This document shows positions 11,426 to 25,200 of a DNA stretch of 64,000 nucleotides, piece by piece. Within the stretch, counting starts at the first letter, position 1. Each line of letters begins with the position of its first letter. The stretch is from assembly GCA_017499595.2 (NCBI GenBank), contig CM038998.1:1364001-1428000 (forward strand), given 5' to 3'. Below the pieces are notes generated by a model. That model was not told the DNA's origin. It made no database searches and saw only the letters and a program-made list of their open reading frames with translations. This stretch comes from Psilocybe cubensis (lineage: Eukaryota). A program made the position numbers and the translations under genes.

Positions 11426-14322
11426 TCACTCTCCATTTTGCTCTTTGCACCAGGATTCAATCTTTTTGATACCCTTGTCGAATTCGGCGAGCAGGTCTAT
11501 ATCGTTTTGGGGAGTAGCTTCCCAAGTAGTGCGTCCTCTGGTTGGCCCGCGATAGTAGACGTGGCTTGTTTGATATCTTCGTATTGAAGAATCGCTCTTA
11601 CTCCATTCAACAATCCTTTAAGGTGGATAAAAATGAGCGATCGACAATGAATTTAAAGTGAGATTCTTACTGGCTGCGAATTTTTTCCTTGCGGATACTG
11701 AAGTGTGATGCAATGACGTCCTAAGAGTAAACACGAATGCGTTTATAAAACTGATTTGCAAAGCCGTGCTTTTACTTACTCTCCAGATCCCATTACGGTG
11801 GTCCTCGTTTAGCCACTCCACGATAGCCCATTTAACAGTTTGTTTAGATATTTCGCGATTATATTGAATGCTGACAGGAGCTTTCAGATTAGCTTGACCA
11901 TGTCCGGGTCTATTCTATGATGGTTAACGTGTATTTCATAAATGTTATCGGATCAATGAGCACGCACTCGTTGTAATAGGGTGCATCTATGAGTATCATA
12001 CTTTGTATGCTGACAAGAACTTGAAGAAGAGTAGACTTCGGAGACCATTGCTCCTCGGGCCTGCTTTGTTCTTAGCCGCATGAAACGAAGGTTCATAAAG
12101 AATATTCACCGTCCGGGCCACGTTCCAAGGAGTGACAAACAAACTTTTCCATCATTGTAGAGATTCGGATTGAACCGTACAGAGCCACCTCCAGTGGTTT
12201 TGAGTTGCATAAGAGGCGGATTTGTTGGATATTGGATTGGCATAAAGCAATCGAACTCAAATAAACCCCCGGAATACGGCGTGCCATCGGGTCCTGCAAT
12301 CATTATTTTGCTGCAAAGAGAATCAGAAAATGTGTTCATTTAGAAGAAAGGCAATCTAAAAATGAACGTACATTGCGTCATTCCGAACTTCGTCTACGCG
12401 CACCCATACTCCAGGAGGGAGACTTGTAGCCATAACCGCCAGTTCCTTCAATAGGTGAAGACGGTCTTTTGGAACACGCGTCGAATTTCGTGTCTGATTT
12501 AGTTGAGCAGCATAATAATAACCTGAGTAGTTCAGCTCATCTCCGCTGACACTGGCCTCACCCAGTGACACATGCTTGAAAGATAACCTTTCACAAGCTT
12601 CTGCATAGACCTTGTCAAAGTCGAGAGAAACGTCTCGACCCTTTCCTTTACCTATAGACGAGTTCGCTTTTAGCTGCTGAAGGTCACTTGGTCGACCTTC
12701 CGCTCCTTCCATCCGGTTTTCACGCTCTGCATGCTCAGATTTTCCGAGGACTGCAATGGCACGTTCCAAGTCGTCCCGCGCCGCTACAATGTCACCAGAA
12801 AGAGAGGTCCCTTGTATCATCATCTCATCCACTTCAGCGTCGGCATCACCCATACCGACCATTTGCGCAGCTCCCGCCATGAATGCTTCTGATTGTTTGG
12901 TCAACTTTTTAAAAAACGCATACAAAGGAGGCGTTTTCGAATTCTCCAGAGTAATTTCGCCATTTCCCCAGACCCAGTTCTCCAGGCCGCACGTCGATGC
13001 CACTTCCCAACGTTCTCCTATTAAACACGGTACGGTGAGCTCGCAATCTGCCATACGGCGTAGGAGAGATAGCATTGCATTGTAAATCTCCTTGCGAGAT
13101 ATCCAGTCCGTTACGGAATCGTTACGCAGCAGAGTAGCTAGCAGAGTAGGTATTTGGGACAGGTTGATCAAATGGCCTATAGATGCCTGCGGGAGCATGT
13201 CGTAAACTTGAGGATCATCGGCATACGGTGCAGGCAAAAGCTCTGTAAGTGTATTCAGAGCGCTCAGTAAAATTTTATCCCATTTTTGTGCGGCGTCCTT
13301 CTGACGTGAGTTAGACTTCTCTTTAGGTCCTCCTCCGTAGTATCCATATGCTCCGTCATCGATTCCATAGCCTGTACCACCGGGTCCAACAGACTTTTTT
13401 GTCCTTTTCGATTGATTTTTAGCTATAGCCAGTGCCCGAGATTCAGAGGCTGTTCTTTCAACGTTATACTGACGATCAAAACCTCCCAGTACTTCGAAAA
13501 TTGCAATAGCGCGGCCTTCCGCACAACACTTTAAGACCGGACATTTTGCATTTCGTCCTGGGCCTTTACATGTAACAGGGCAAACGATTGGCGTAAAACA
13601 TCCTCGACAATGATTTGTGCGACAAGAAGAGCATGGGGCGTGAAGTAGTTGTGTCATAGACAGCGGCATCAAGGATTCAGAGAGCATGACCTACAATGCA
13701 TAATCAGCTATATCGATGCCTTTCAAGTTGCGAGTATATTTATTTAACTTACGCATCCCCGCGGCGACTCCACCGATTTTGAACACTTTGAACACCGCCT
13801 CGTCTTTGTAAAGAGATCTTTGAAGGGCTCTAGAGCCTCGTCAGGCTTCGTCGGCGATTGCTGGTAATTTTTGGATCTATTGAAATGTGGTGAAGGAGAT
13901 TTTAGATTGGGACCAGCAGAAAGCCGTTGACTGTATTCTGAGACATTGGACCGACTTATATTGACGACTGTTGATGGTCCTTCAATTATCTCTACATCAG
14001 AAGACGCGCCTCTATTATTGTCTTCTGAAGCCCATTCCTGAGCGAGCCTTCGTGCAAACTCAGCATCACCTTCCAGGTCGATTGGTGCGATTTTTGAACT
14101 CGAAGCAACAGGTTTATCCTGCGTACGAACAGATTTCTTTATGACTTGTTCTTGAGCTTCGATTTGAGAAATTATGTCTCTCAGCTCATCATCACTTTGT
14201 TCGACGTCCGAGTCAATAATGATGACATCTCTGGGATCTGGCTTAAGGGTTGTTCGTCTGCGTTTAGAGCTGCCCTCAACAACTTGCGTAGGAGCAGTCC
14301 TTCTCTTTGATGCGCGAGGCAT
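11426..14322 (-). CDS. Large ubiquitin-conjugating enzyme (BIRC6/UBE2Z-like UBC domain at the C-terminus), multi-exon
   Basis: Start [11 protein letters not shown] (14322). UBC core: [105 protein letters not shown]. Last exon ends [10 protein letters not shown] at 11426. Confidence 0.9.
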
Positions 14323-14849
14323 GTTGTTGATGCGTTGAGGTTGCCAGAGAATTGTATCCCAAAATACTATGTGGAGAGAAAAGTTCACAGCGATCTTGAA
14401 ATCCAATTTGCAGTCTAATCCGAGGTGGGCGTAATAAACCAAGGGCGCGTATAACTGACCCCAAGGTATACCTTGTAGTTAGTGACGCGAAGAACCTAAT
14501 TTTGGCTTTCGCACGCGCACTCGCTGTGTCAATTTGCTGTTTATTTATCCGATATTCAACCGCTCTCGGCTCCTTGGCAAGGATGCTCAACAGTAATTTT
14601 TGTATAGAGGATACATAGAGTAGTATTTTTCAGAATGTGTAACTCAATTGCGCCTCACCTATTGCACTTTAAAGTACGTGGTTCTTATTATTATAATATT
14701 AAACAGGCAAACATACCTCCACCAGCATAATAGCAGTTTTATCAAGTACATCCCAGCGACAAACCAAAACCAAAAGAAATCCGCGAAATGGTATTGAAGC
14801 TTACAAAGAAATGCGAAAAAAATAACAAAAGAGTAAAAAAGATAGTCTA

Positions 14850-17800
14850 TCAACCACCCACAGCAGCCAGGACAAGGTCGCAGACTTCCTGCTTCTCCGC
14901 ACGAACACCCAACTCCAGTGTGACGCCCTCACCCCTCGAGAATGTCATCCGACAACGTACAAGGACTTTTCCGCCACCACCTGTTACCAGGCCAGACAAT
15001 TGGAGAGTGTGCACCGAAGTCGATGAAGGATTCTCCGTCCCTCCCAAAGGTTCCATGTTTAGCACCTCGATGATAGAGTCGCAAGCAGCTGGATTTAAAA
15101 AATAGGTCAGCATCGTGGCTAACAAAAAGCGAAACCGTTTACATACCTTTGAGACTCTCCATTGCAGATAGTGCAAATGTTTCCGTAGCATTGGGTGCCG
15201 ACTTCAAACGTTCCCATTCTGAGCTGAAGCTCGAGTAGCTAGGCACAATGTAGTCACCGCCGGCGCTGAGCTCTACATCTTCAACCTCATATTCATCTGG
15301 GTATCCATCTTCTTCAGGAACGCCCGTAGAAGGATCGAGCTCTTTGCTAATGTACTTGAGAGTACATTTGAATGAAGCAATGGCATATACATCAGGATTT
15401 TCCCGAGTGAAGGAGACAAACACGACCCCTGGCGAGTTTGTGGAGGACAGAGCAGGCAAAGGAATGATAAAGTCTTCTACAAGGCCGGTGTCATCAGACT
15501 GAGGTTGCATGATGACCGAAACTTGTTCCAAAACAGTGTCGGGAATGGTGTTGGAAAGATTGAACTAAAAGTAGAATTAAGTCCGTGAGTCCATTTTCAA
15601 CAAATAGAAAATAAGCATACCTGGAAGACAACATGCTCTTTGAAAATATGTTTGACGCAGTTGACCTGGTATTCAGTCTCGCTTTCAGTAAGCTGTGAAG
15701 GAGTGGCACTACTGTTGATAACCGGTCCATAGGCAGCGAACTCGGGAATAGCAGCAAGTTCCTGAGCATAAGTTGATTGCTTCTCAGCTGCTGAGGGTGC
15801 AGCAGGGGCTTCGGCAACTTTAGACACAGGTGCACCGATGGTATCGAGAGTGCTTGGGCCTACGCATACGATCAATAAAAGAACGAATAAAGTACTTCGA
15901 GAAACATACGGGCGACTTCCTGGGCAGCCTGAGCACGACTGATTTTAGGTATCGATGAGGCGTCAAAGGGTTGCGCCGCCGCTGATGGGTCCTTCACATA
16001 TGCCGCCAACTTGGATTCGAGAGCGGATAACGAAAAGACTGATTCTGTGGCGCACTCAGTACGGGCATCGAACAGCGTAAAGGAATATATTCATACCTTC
16101 TTTGACATAGGTCTCTTCCAAAGACTTCACCTTGAAGACCTTCAAGTACAAAGCCGCGCGATCGCGAACTTCATCGTCCACATCGTCGAGGCAGCTATCA
16201 GAAACATCAACCAATGCCGTAGGATCAATAACGAATATATGGGACATACCGGTTAAGAAGGACTGTGATACTCTTTTTGAGAGTAGGCTCTGCCGAGTTG
16301 ACTCCGAATTTAGCCAAACTTGTGACTGCAGCAGCACGGACAGTTGCATTTTCCAGAACGACGCGGTTATAGATGAAACGAATATACTTGGCCGGTTGTG
16401 GTGATTGAGGTCCTTCGACACCGAGCAAATGGAGAATACGGACAGAAAGCTTGGTAAATTCGCAATCTTCGATAAACTCACAAAGGTGCGACAGAGCTTG
16501 TTCCTTCGATTCAGGGATGAACTTGATCATGTCGAACATGGCCTCAACAACGGCTCGTTTGAAATCGTAGCCACCCTCATCTCGAAGAACGCTAGATAGG
16601 AAAGTGAGCATTGACGCGTGTTTGGCAGGGAATTTGAGGCAAAGTGAACGAATGGCATCGACGATGATGACTTTGAATTCATCACTGATCTCAGACATGA
16701 AGCCAGTGATTTGTTTGATGAGTCTGTCAACAGAGGCTTCATTGCCAGTCTACAAACCCCCTCTATTGTAAGCACACTAAACGATCATTCAAGGGCAAAA
16801 AAACAAACAAACCTTGAGCAGGGTGGTAATCGCGTATGTGGCAACGCTGCGGTTAGGATCGGCGATGAGGGTCTCGAGATCAATGTTACATGTTGCGACA
16901 CTGGCAGGATGTGATACGGCGAGAGCAGCGAGGGTGCGAGCAGCAGCGAACTTGAGAACAGGTTTAGGAGTAGTAAGGAAAACCTGGAGCACTACGGAAA
17001 TAGTTCAGCAAAGTATCACCCACAAGTTTAGAATTCACGTACCAGCAATAGGTTTCGTCAACTGCGCCGGCTGAACATTCTTCATCTCGCAAATAGCTCG
17101 CGCAGCCTCAAAGTTCACCATGTCACTCTTATGACGCAACCAGCCTTCCAGAAGTTCCAGCATCTGTCTTTGCACACTATAGGTGAAAAGGAGGTCAGGA
17201 TATTCATTTCATGTATGTGTGAAAACGCGCACTTTGGATCGTCCTCAATAACTTTGGCAGCATATCGAATAAGCATGCAGAGAGCCATCGGGTTTTTCAA
17301 TGTCGTGCCAGCACCAGACTTTCCTCCACCCAGTTGCTGGATCATCTTAGTGATCGCCATCCTATCTTGCTGGCGCATAAGGTAAAGCAGTCCGAGAGCA
17401 TGGTACTGAGCGATGAAGCTCGTCGATGGGATTGTCTGGGGTCCACTAGGCTGCGAGCCTCCTCCAAAGCCGAGGTATCCGCCGCTGCTGCCGGAGCCAA
17501 AGAAAGACGAAGAAGATTTGGCGCTGACGGCCTCCTGAACCTCGTTCACCCATCGTCTAACAACTTCCTTAGCATTCGGGAAGAGGTGGTAAGCAGACAC
17601 GAGGGCAGCGGACGCAATGGCCGGGTTCTTGTCCACAATAGCCGCCTTGAAGAACCGTTCAACACCTTGCGCCATGGACGGCTAATCCCAATACTTCATC
17701 AGCAGCTTGCTTTGACCAAATGGCGCGGAAAACGCATTAATAGGAGACAGGGAATAGAAACATACATCAATAATTTTGCAGAGAGCGCGGATGGCATTTG

Positions 17801-18234
17801 GTCGGTAAATGACCTCTGAGTTGGGTTGTATGTCTTTCATTATACTGGCCGTAACCATGATCACATCCTCCGCCGATGCTGCGAGCTCCTTGATGGCCAG
17901 ATATACAGCCTGACGCAGAGCGCTCTGTGGAACGACATTGTAAGAACACCAATGGACATCGCACATGCACAGAAGCTGCATCACGCACATCTTTATTCTG
18001 GAACAGTTTTGTTGTCCCAAAGAACAGTGTCGTAGCCTCCTGTGTTCCAAACGTCTCCCCGACATAGAGCAAATATACGATCCGCGTGAGGAGTGCCCTG
18101 CACTTCCTAGGACTGACTGGAGATTCATTGAACACGCGTGCTTCCTGGATGATCGTCGTTTTGTTGTTATAGTATGAGCTCAGGCCGCTTTCGTCCTCTT
18201 TCTTAGAGGGAAAGACCATGGCGAAAGAGGCCAT
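14850..18234 (-). CDS. SEC21: Coatomer subunit gamma (COPI)
   Basis: [71 protein letters not shown] and the C-terminal HTLQLSG..VLVRCRM are all typical of gamma-COP. Confidence 0.96.
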
Positions 18235-19805
18235 TTTTGAGGGATTACAGAGTCGTCAAGAGGTCGACTTAGGCGTAAGATGCGGTGTCGTGGACGTGGA
18301 ACGTTTGTTTGGCAACACCATCCCACTGTTTGTCAAGAGCATCCGTAAGATCGATGCAACTGCCCCGGTGTCTGAATTCATGGCAACATTCAATTGGTAA
18401 ACGATTTCAATTTTGAGTGCAATAACAATGTTCTTATCGTCATCATCAATAATACTACAGTCGCGACAACAAATGTATCTACGTAAAATAAGAAACGACC
18501 TAAAGCGTATTCCATTTATCCACTTCAACATTATGTGCCGCAGAAACCACCCTATAACCATAACATCTTAACACACCCGACATGCCCACCGCATACAACA
18601 GACCATGAGAGTTTTAGTCTTCCTCCTATTGCACTCGAGCCGCTCCCGACTATCTTGGCGCCCTCTTCTATCCCACTCGCCCTCAACGGAGCTCTTGAAC
18701 AAGCAAGAGCCCAGGAAGAGGTGGGGGACAGAAGGACGAACACATTGCAAGGAACCAGAGACCAGAAGTACACAATCAAATACGAGAATGGATGATGGGA
18801 GTTGTGCTGAAACAGAAAGGAGGAAGAGAAAAAGAAAAAGAAAACTGAATGGAAAAAAGAGGAGATGGAAGCGTTGTAAGGAACGTTTGGATTGGTTGTC
18901 GATTAAAATGCGATCCAGAATTGATGAAGATGTGCGCGAGTGTTCTTGGAGCTCGTCAGAGTTGAATTACATGAAGAAAAAAGTGGGAGGAATGGTCGAG
19001 AAAATAATAAAATGATTTGAAGAAGACTTGGGAGAAAGATATCCAAAGTATTAATGGGTTGCAAATAGGGGAGTTTGAGAAGAAAACGGGCGCGGAGGAG
19101 ATTTGTGGTCATACATGATGTGGAATAGAGGGAAAGGCAGACACAGGCAAACACATCATACCCACGGCTGATTTCCTTACTGATGCAGAGGAAATGTCAG
19201 TGGAGGGGTATGAGAAATGACCCAGGCCTGTTAAAGAAAAGAAAAAAGCGTCCGTTTTTAAATAAGTTTGTTATTGGTGCACCGAGCCATTGTATATTTC
19301 AAGTCGTAACGCGTATTGATTTGGCCGTTCTATGCGTTCATGATATGGTAGAGGTGAAGGAAGATACATGGAAGTCTAGAGCGTCGAGTACGACTCCCAG
19401 ATCTTTGCTTCTAGTCGAGATGTTGAGATGAGGATGGCAACAATAGGGCCAGGACGTATAGATAAGGAGCCGATATCGATTTGTTGAATGATAGTATTTG
19501 CCGTGAGCTGTATGCATGGCATCGTAATAATCGAACCGGACGTGCCCCAACCGCTGAAAAGAGTCTTGATCCCAAAAGCGCTTCACCCCAAACACCAATA
19601 ATACCACATCACCGCGTTCCACCGCCGAAGAACTCCCGGCTTCCCATTGACAGCCGAGAGAACAAACCACCCCGAAACCGAGCGAAACGTTGCATTCTAC
19701 CCTCCACCCCCCACTCGCCCGGATACTCTCGGGAAGCGCAGACAGAACAAAGAGAACAAACAGGCAACCGAGAATGAGAGTTCCACCGTCGATACGAGAT
19801 CTCCT

Positions 19806-21082
19806 TTACCACAGTTCCGCATCACGTCTAGCGCCTCGCTGCTGACCAACTGCGCCAGGTGCCGCTTGTTGCGCCTGGCGGGTATGGGAGCGAAGCCTAG
19901 GAAAGAGCATGAGTAAAGGAAATCTAAATCCACAAAATGCACCGAGGTCAACTTACATCCTGTCGCTTGCGCGGTGCTCGTCTTCTTCCTGAACGACCTT
20001 TCGCCTAGGGGCACCTGACTTGGAACCAGAGCCCTGAGTGCCTTCTTCCTGAGCGCCACGTTGGACACTCCAGTCGAAGACATAATCATACTGGTAACCC
20101 TCACGGACGAAGAGGTCGCGGAAGAGTTTGCGAAGGTATGAATAGTCAGGTTTGTCATCGAAGCGAAGAGCACGGGTATAGTTAAGGAAGATTCCGAATT
20201 CGTTGGGGAAACCGCGGCAAAGGAGATCAGTTGGCGTTGTCATCTTCTTCTCCATGATACGGTCGTACTTCTGCTTCTTGGTAGCAGCTTTGAGACCTTG
20301 CCACGGGAGAGCACCACGAAGGAAGTACATAAGAACATAGGCGAGAGATTCGAGATCATCGCGGCGAGCCTGCTCGACACCCAAGTGGGTGTTGATGGAC
20401 GTATAACGAGCAGTACCAGTCAAGTTCTTATTCTCGCGGTAAGGGATGTGAAGGTGGGTCTTGGGGTCGCGGAACTTCTTTGCAAGACCGAAATCGATGA
20501 CGTTGACCTGATTGCCACGCTTGCCAATGCCCATCAAAAAGTTGTCTGGTTTGATATCGCGATGGATAAAGTTGCGAGAGTGAATGTATTCGATACGAGA
20601 AATCTAGTCATGATGAGTTGTGAGAAAAAAAGAGATGAGGCATTGATCAAGAAAGATGAATACCAATTGGTCAGCAAGGAGAAGGACTGTCTTGAGACTA
20701 AATTTGCGGTTGCAAAAGTTGAAGAGGTCCTCGAGGGAAGGACCAAGGAGATCGAGAACCATGGCGTTGTAGTCGCACTCTGTGCCAAACCATCTGACAA
20801 AGGGGACTCCAACACCACCGGCGAGGGTCTTGTAGACCTTTGACTCATACTCGAGCTGCGGGTGCTTGGCTTTGACGGATTCAAGCTTGATGGCGACCTC
20901 CTCGCCTGAGATTATGTTAATCCCAAGATAGATGTCACCTATAGAGGAGAGACATGGATGAGAACAAAAGGGCAGAGAGAACGGAAAAAGAACGCACCAA
21001 AGGAGCCAGAACCGATCTTTTTCCCAAGCCTGTATTTGCCGCCAACTCTGAGATCGAGCCTGTGTGTAGACGTGTCGGCCAT
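19806..21082 (-). CDS. HRR25: Casein kinase I (Hrr25/Hhp1 type)
   Basis: [79 protein letters not shown]. The last exon reads [29 protein letters not shown]. Confidence 0.96.
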
Positions 21083-22256
21083 TGAATGAGATATATGAAG
21101 AGCGAAGAAGAAACTGGAAGAGAAAAGTTAGCACGGAGGAAGAGGGGTGAGAGGTGGGGCAGAAGAGGAGTTAAATAGTGGCAGACATGTGGTTTATATG
21201 CAGCCCCTCACGCCAGCCTGCGGGCGGCTGACAGCGAAACGAATGATAGAGGACTAAGCCCGTTCTGTGCAGAATCGAGCGACATCAGGAGACAGCGCAA
21301 GGACTCGCCCTGCACCAGCCACGTTGTGTGCGGCGTGGAAAGGGTCTGGCAGCACGCAGGCTTGAAGCAGCGGGATATACGGGGGGGAGAAGGAGGAGAA
21401 GCGAACAAGAAAGAAAAGAAAGAGGAAATACCTATTTTTTTGGAGGAAAGAGAGGAAGAGAGAGGGGGAGAGGGAGTGGGCGTTAGATGATGAGAGGAAA
21501 GGGAGACAACGAGAATCGAAACCAAGCAGTGCAGCGGAGTTTGAAAGTGTGGTTAATCGATTACTTGAGTCCTATTGTAAAACAAAGGGCTGTCTGTCCG
21601 CTCAGCTGTCTATTTGCAGGCGTGTCTTGTCAGCTAAGAAAAGCGAGTCCGATGTCTCTCCAGTCAGTGCGACTCGGGAGGAACATGAACCCATCGCTGC
21701 ACTGCCTTGTTCCTCCTCTCAATCCCGCCTCGTATACTCCCACCGACTTGTTTCCTACAAATCCCGGCCTTGCATTGCATGCAACGTGGCTCCATCTATG
21801 TATGGCTGCAACGGGATGCACTTTCCTGCAACCGTTAATGTCTTCCTTGATTGCATTTCGTAGGCATGCCAGCTAAGAGGCGCCGGCTGCCCAGCGGCCC
21901 GTTGCCCCTGGTCGCGCTGGCCGGTCAGCAGAGGCGCCCCAGCACCTTTCACACAGTAGATACGCCCCTCTGGCTCTTTGTGTAGCCTATTATTCGTATA
22001 CAGAATAAAATTAGTTTGCAGCTCATCTGAGTTTTGTCAGACGGGGTTGCACAAGTGTTGCCGTAGCCAAGATGGACTAGAGCAAATTTGCCATTTCAAC
22101 AGACTCCAAAAATGTACTGATCTCAGGAAAGCAACCTTGCTTGTTCCCAAACCACCACGGTCTCTTTCTTCCGCCCCTCTTTTCGTCTCTCTTTCCTTTG
22201 GATACCCTTCGACATCTACTGAAGGCTAATACGTTCGCTACATAGAGTCAGCCACT

Positions 22257-25200
22257 ATGGCTTACCGCCAGAACACAGATCCCTATTATGCCAACTCGCC
22301 CTATCAACAACCCCAGCGGCAGCAAACTTATCCGCAACCTGGGCAACAGGACGCATATCCATCCTATCCACCGTCCAATCCCGGCAACACTGGTGTTGTC
22401 GACTACGGTGCTCATAACCAGGGCTATCGAAATGACCAGGACCAATGGGACAACAAGTCCGCAAAGTCATTTCAAAGTAGCTACGCTGGCTCGCAAGCTC
22501 ATCTCAATCCATACGAAATGTCACAAGTCAACGTCAACACCCCCCCTGTACCCAACATGCCCTACGCTCAGCAGTATCCACCACCTCAGCAGAGGCCTGG
22601 CGTGTATCGCGACCAGAGCAGCGCAGGCTGGTCAACGGCTCGGGATAAGCTCATGAAGCGCCGTTCGGTCAAGCAGGTCCAGCTCTTCCAGGGCAACTTG
22701 GTGCTTGACGTACCAGTTCCTTCACACATTGTTCCAGCAGGCAAGACCGATGTGGAAGAGTTCTCCAAGATGCGCTACACCGCCGCGACCTGCGACCCTG
22801 ACGATTTCAAGTCTTCAAGATACTCTCTCCGCCAATTTCTGTGGGGACGTCAGACAGAGCTGTTTATTGTTATGACAATGTACAACGAAGATGAAGTGCT
22901 CTTTGTCAAGACCATGAACGCGTGCGTTACTACCATCTACACTTTCTGTTCATCAAATTGATCTCGTGTCATAGCGTCATTAAGAACATTGCCCATTTGT
23001 GCAGTAGGTCCAAGTCCAAAATGTGGGGCCCCGAAGGCTGGAAAAAAGTCGTCGTCTGTGTCGTCTCCGATGGTCGAAACAAAGTTAACAAACGTACCCT
23101 CCAAGTTCTCAATTTAGTAAGTCGATCAAAAATAGTTCATCGCATCAATACTGATCACATCTTCTAGATGGGATGCTATCAAGAAGGCATTGCAAAAGAT
23201 TCAGTTGGTGGAAAGGATGTTACAGCACACATCTTTGAGTATGCCTATTTTCTCAACTCGATCGCCATATTTCTCATGTTCTACGATCAGATACACAACC
23301 AATGTCATTGTGACAGATACAGGCGAAGTCTCGACCGGTTCCTGCCCCGTCCAAGTCTTGTTCTGTCTCAAGGAACAGAACAAGAAAAAGTTGAACAGTC
23401 ACCGCTGGTTCTTCAACGCTTTCGGACCTCTATTGAAACCTAATGGTATGTCCGCTCTATATACGACTTTTCTTACTCGGCTGCCATATTTACCATCATA
23501 ATTGTATAGTTTGTGTTCTTCTTGATGTTGGCACCAAACCCACGGGAACCTCAATTTACGAATTATGGAAATGTTAGTGACCGTCTGGTATGCTCGGTCG
23601 TATTATTGATGCCCTTTGGCAGGCTTCGATAAACACAAAAATGTTGGCGGCGCTTGCGGAGAGTGAGTGGTGTTCATAAAAAATTTCTGATGCATTTTGT
23701 CATGGTACTTTACTTTTGTTAGAATCTGTGTCGACTCTGGTCGTGCTTGCGGCGAAGTGCTCAAGTCGCCTCTTGTCGCATCACAGAATTTTGAGGTAAA
23801 CCTGTCCTTGTATTTTACTAGCGTCGTACGCCCGTCATTGATGTAACTTCTTATCTCCGCCAGTACAAAATGTCAAATATTCTGGACAAACCCTTGGAGG
23901 TTAGTCACGCCGGCTTTGAAGTTGATTGATCAAATACTTAATGTATGCGCTATCTACCCCTAGAGTGTCTTTGGCTACATCAGCGTGCTTCCCGGAGCAT
24001 TCAGTGCTTACCGCTACAGGGCGCTTTTGAATGGTCCTGATGGCAAAGGGCCTCTTGCTTCATACTTCAAGGGCGAGACCATGCATGCTGGAGGCAGCGG
24101 TGCTGGTCTTTTCGGTTAGTCTTTGTTAAGCTGTTTTGATTTATGAAAATTTCTCAACTATCTCCTCCATTAGAACGAAACATGTACCTCGCTGAGGATC
24201 GTATCCTTTGTTTCGAGATTGTAACCAAGAAGCGTGAAGGATGGGTGTAAGTCTTTAACTTTTTATGTACACCCCTTTCGTGCAAAGCTCATGAACTCTT
24301 GGCGTATACTTAGTTTGAAATACGTCAAGAGTGCGAAGGCCGCTACCGATGTGCCGGCCAGTGTAAGTTATCTGCATCGTTATTCTTATACATTGAGCGA
24401 ATATAGACTTATATCGATCATCATGATATCAGGTCCCGGAATTCATTTCCCAGCGTCGACGATGGCTTAACGGTTCTCTTTTCGCATCCATCCATGCCAC
24501 GGTATTCTTCTTCAGAATTTGGACATCCGGTCAAAACTTCTTCCGCAAAATTTTCCTACAGGTAAAAAATATGTTATCATGTCGTAGCAGAATTGTACTG
24601 ACTGACATACGACGAGTAGATTGAGTTCATCTACAACGCTATCCAGCTCATTTTCACATGGACGTCCCTGGCTAACTTCTATCTTTCATTCTTCTTCGTA
24701 AGAATTTTGTTTCAAAGACCCTGCATATTTCTCCGAAGCTAAATGCCTCCCCGCTTCATCTTATAGCTTGTTTCTTCGGCCACGAAGGACTCTGGGGATG
24801 CGGATGCATTCAATTTCCTTAGTAGAGGTGCCGGCAAGGCTGTCTTCGAGATTTTCCTGAATCTGTACATTGGTCTTCTGTTCCTCGTTCTTGTTTGTTC
24901 TTTGGGCAATCGACCCCAGGTGTGTGCTTTTTTGACTCGAGTTACATGACCATGTGAATGTTCAAATTCATTTCGGAATAGGGTTCGAAATGGGCATACG
25001 TTGTGGCAATGGTGCTGTTTGGCTTGTGCAGCGTTATTACGACATGGTGTGCTGGATACACTGTTTACCTTGCTGTTCCGCACAACGTCGAGGGTTGGAA
25101 GAACTTCCCTGAGTGAGTATCTTTCTTCATTGTCGGTGGCGTCGATCCCTCGCATCAACACAGGCGACGCTTCTCCCAAAATATTGCTAACATGAATGGG

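Noticed and set aside
20298-20843. 181 aa + strand ORF
   Set aside because: Antisense shadow of the codon-biased casein kinase I exons.
21870-21945. GC-rich potential hairpin between CK1 and chitin synthase
   Set aside because: Short imperfect stem with no tRNA or known ncRNA hallmarks, expected by chance at this GC content.
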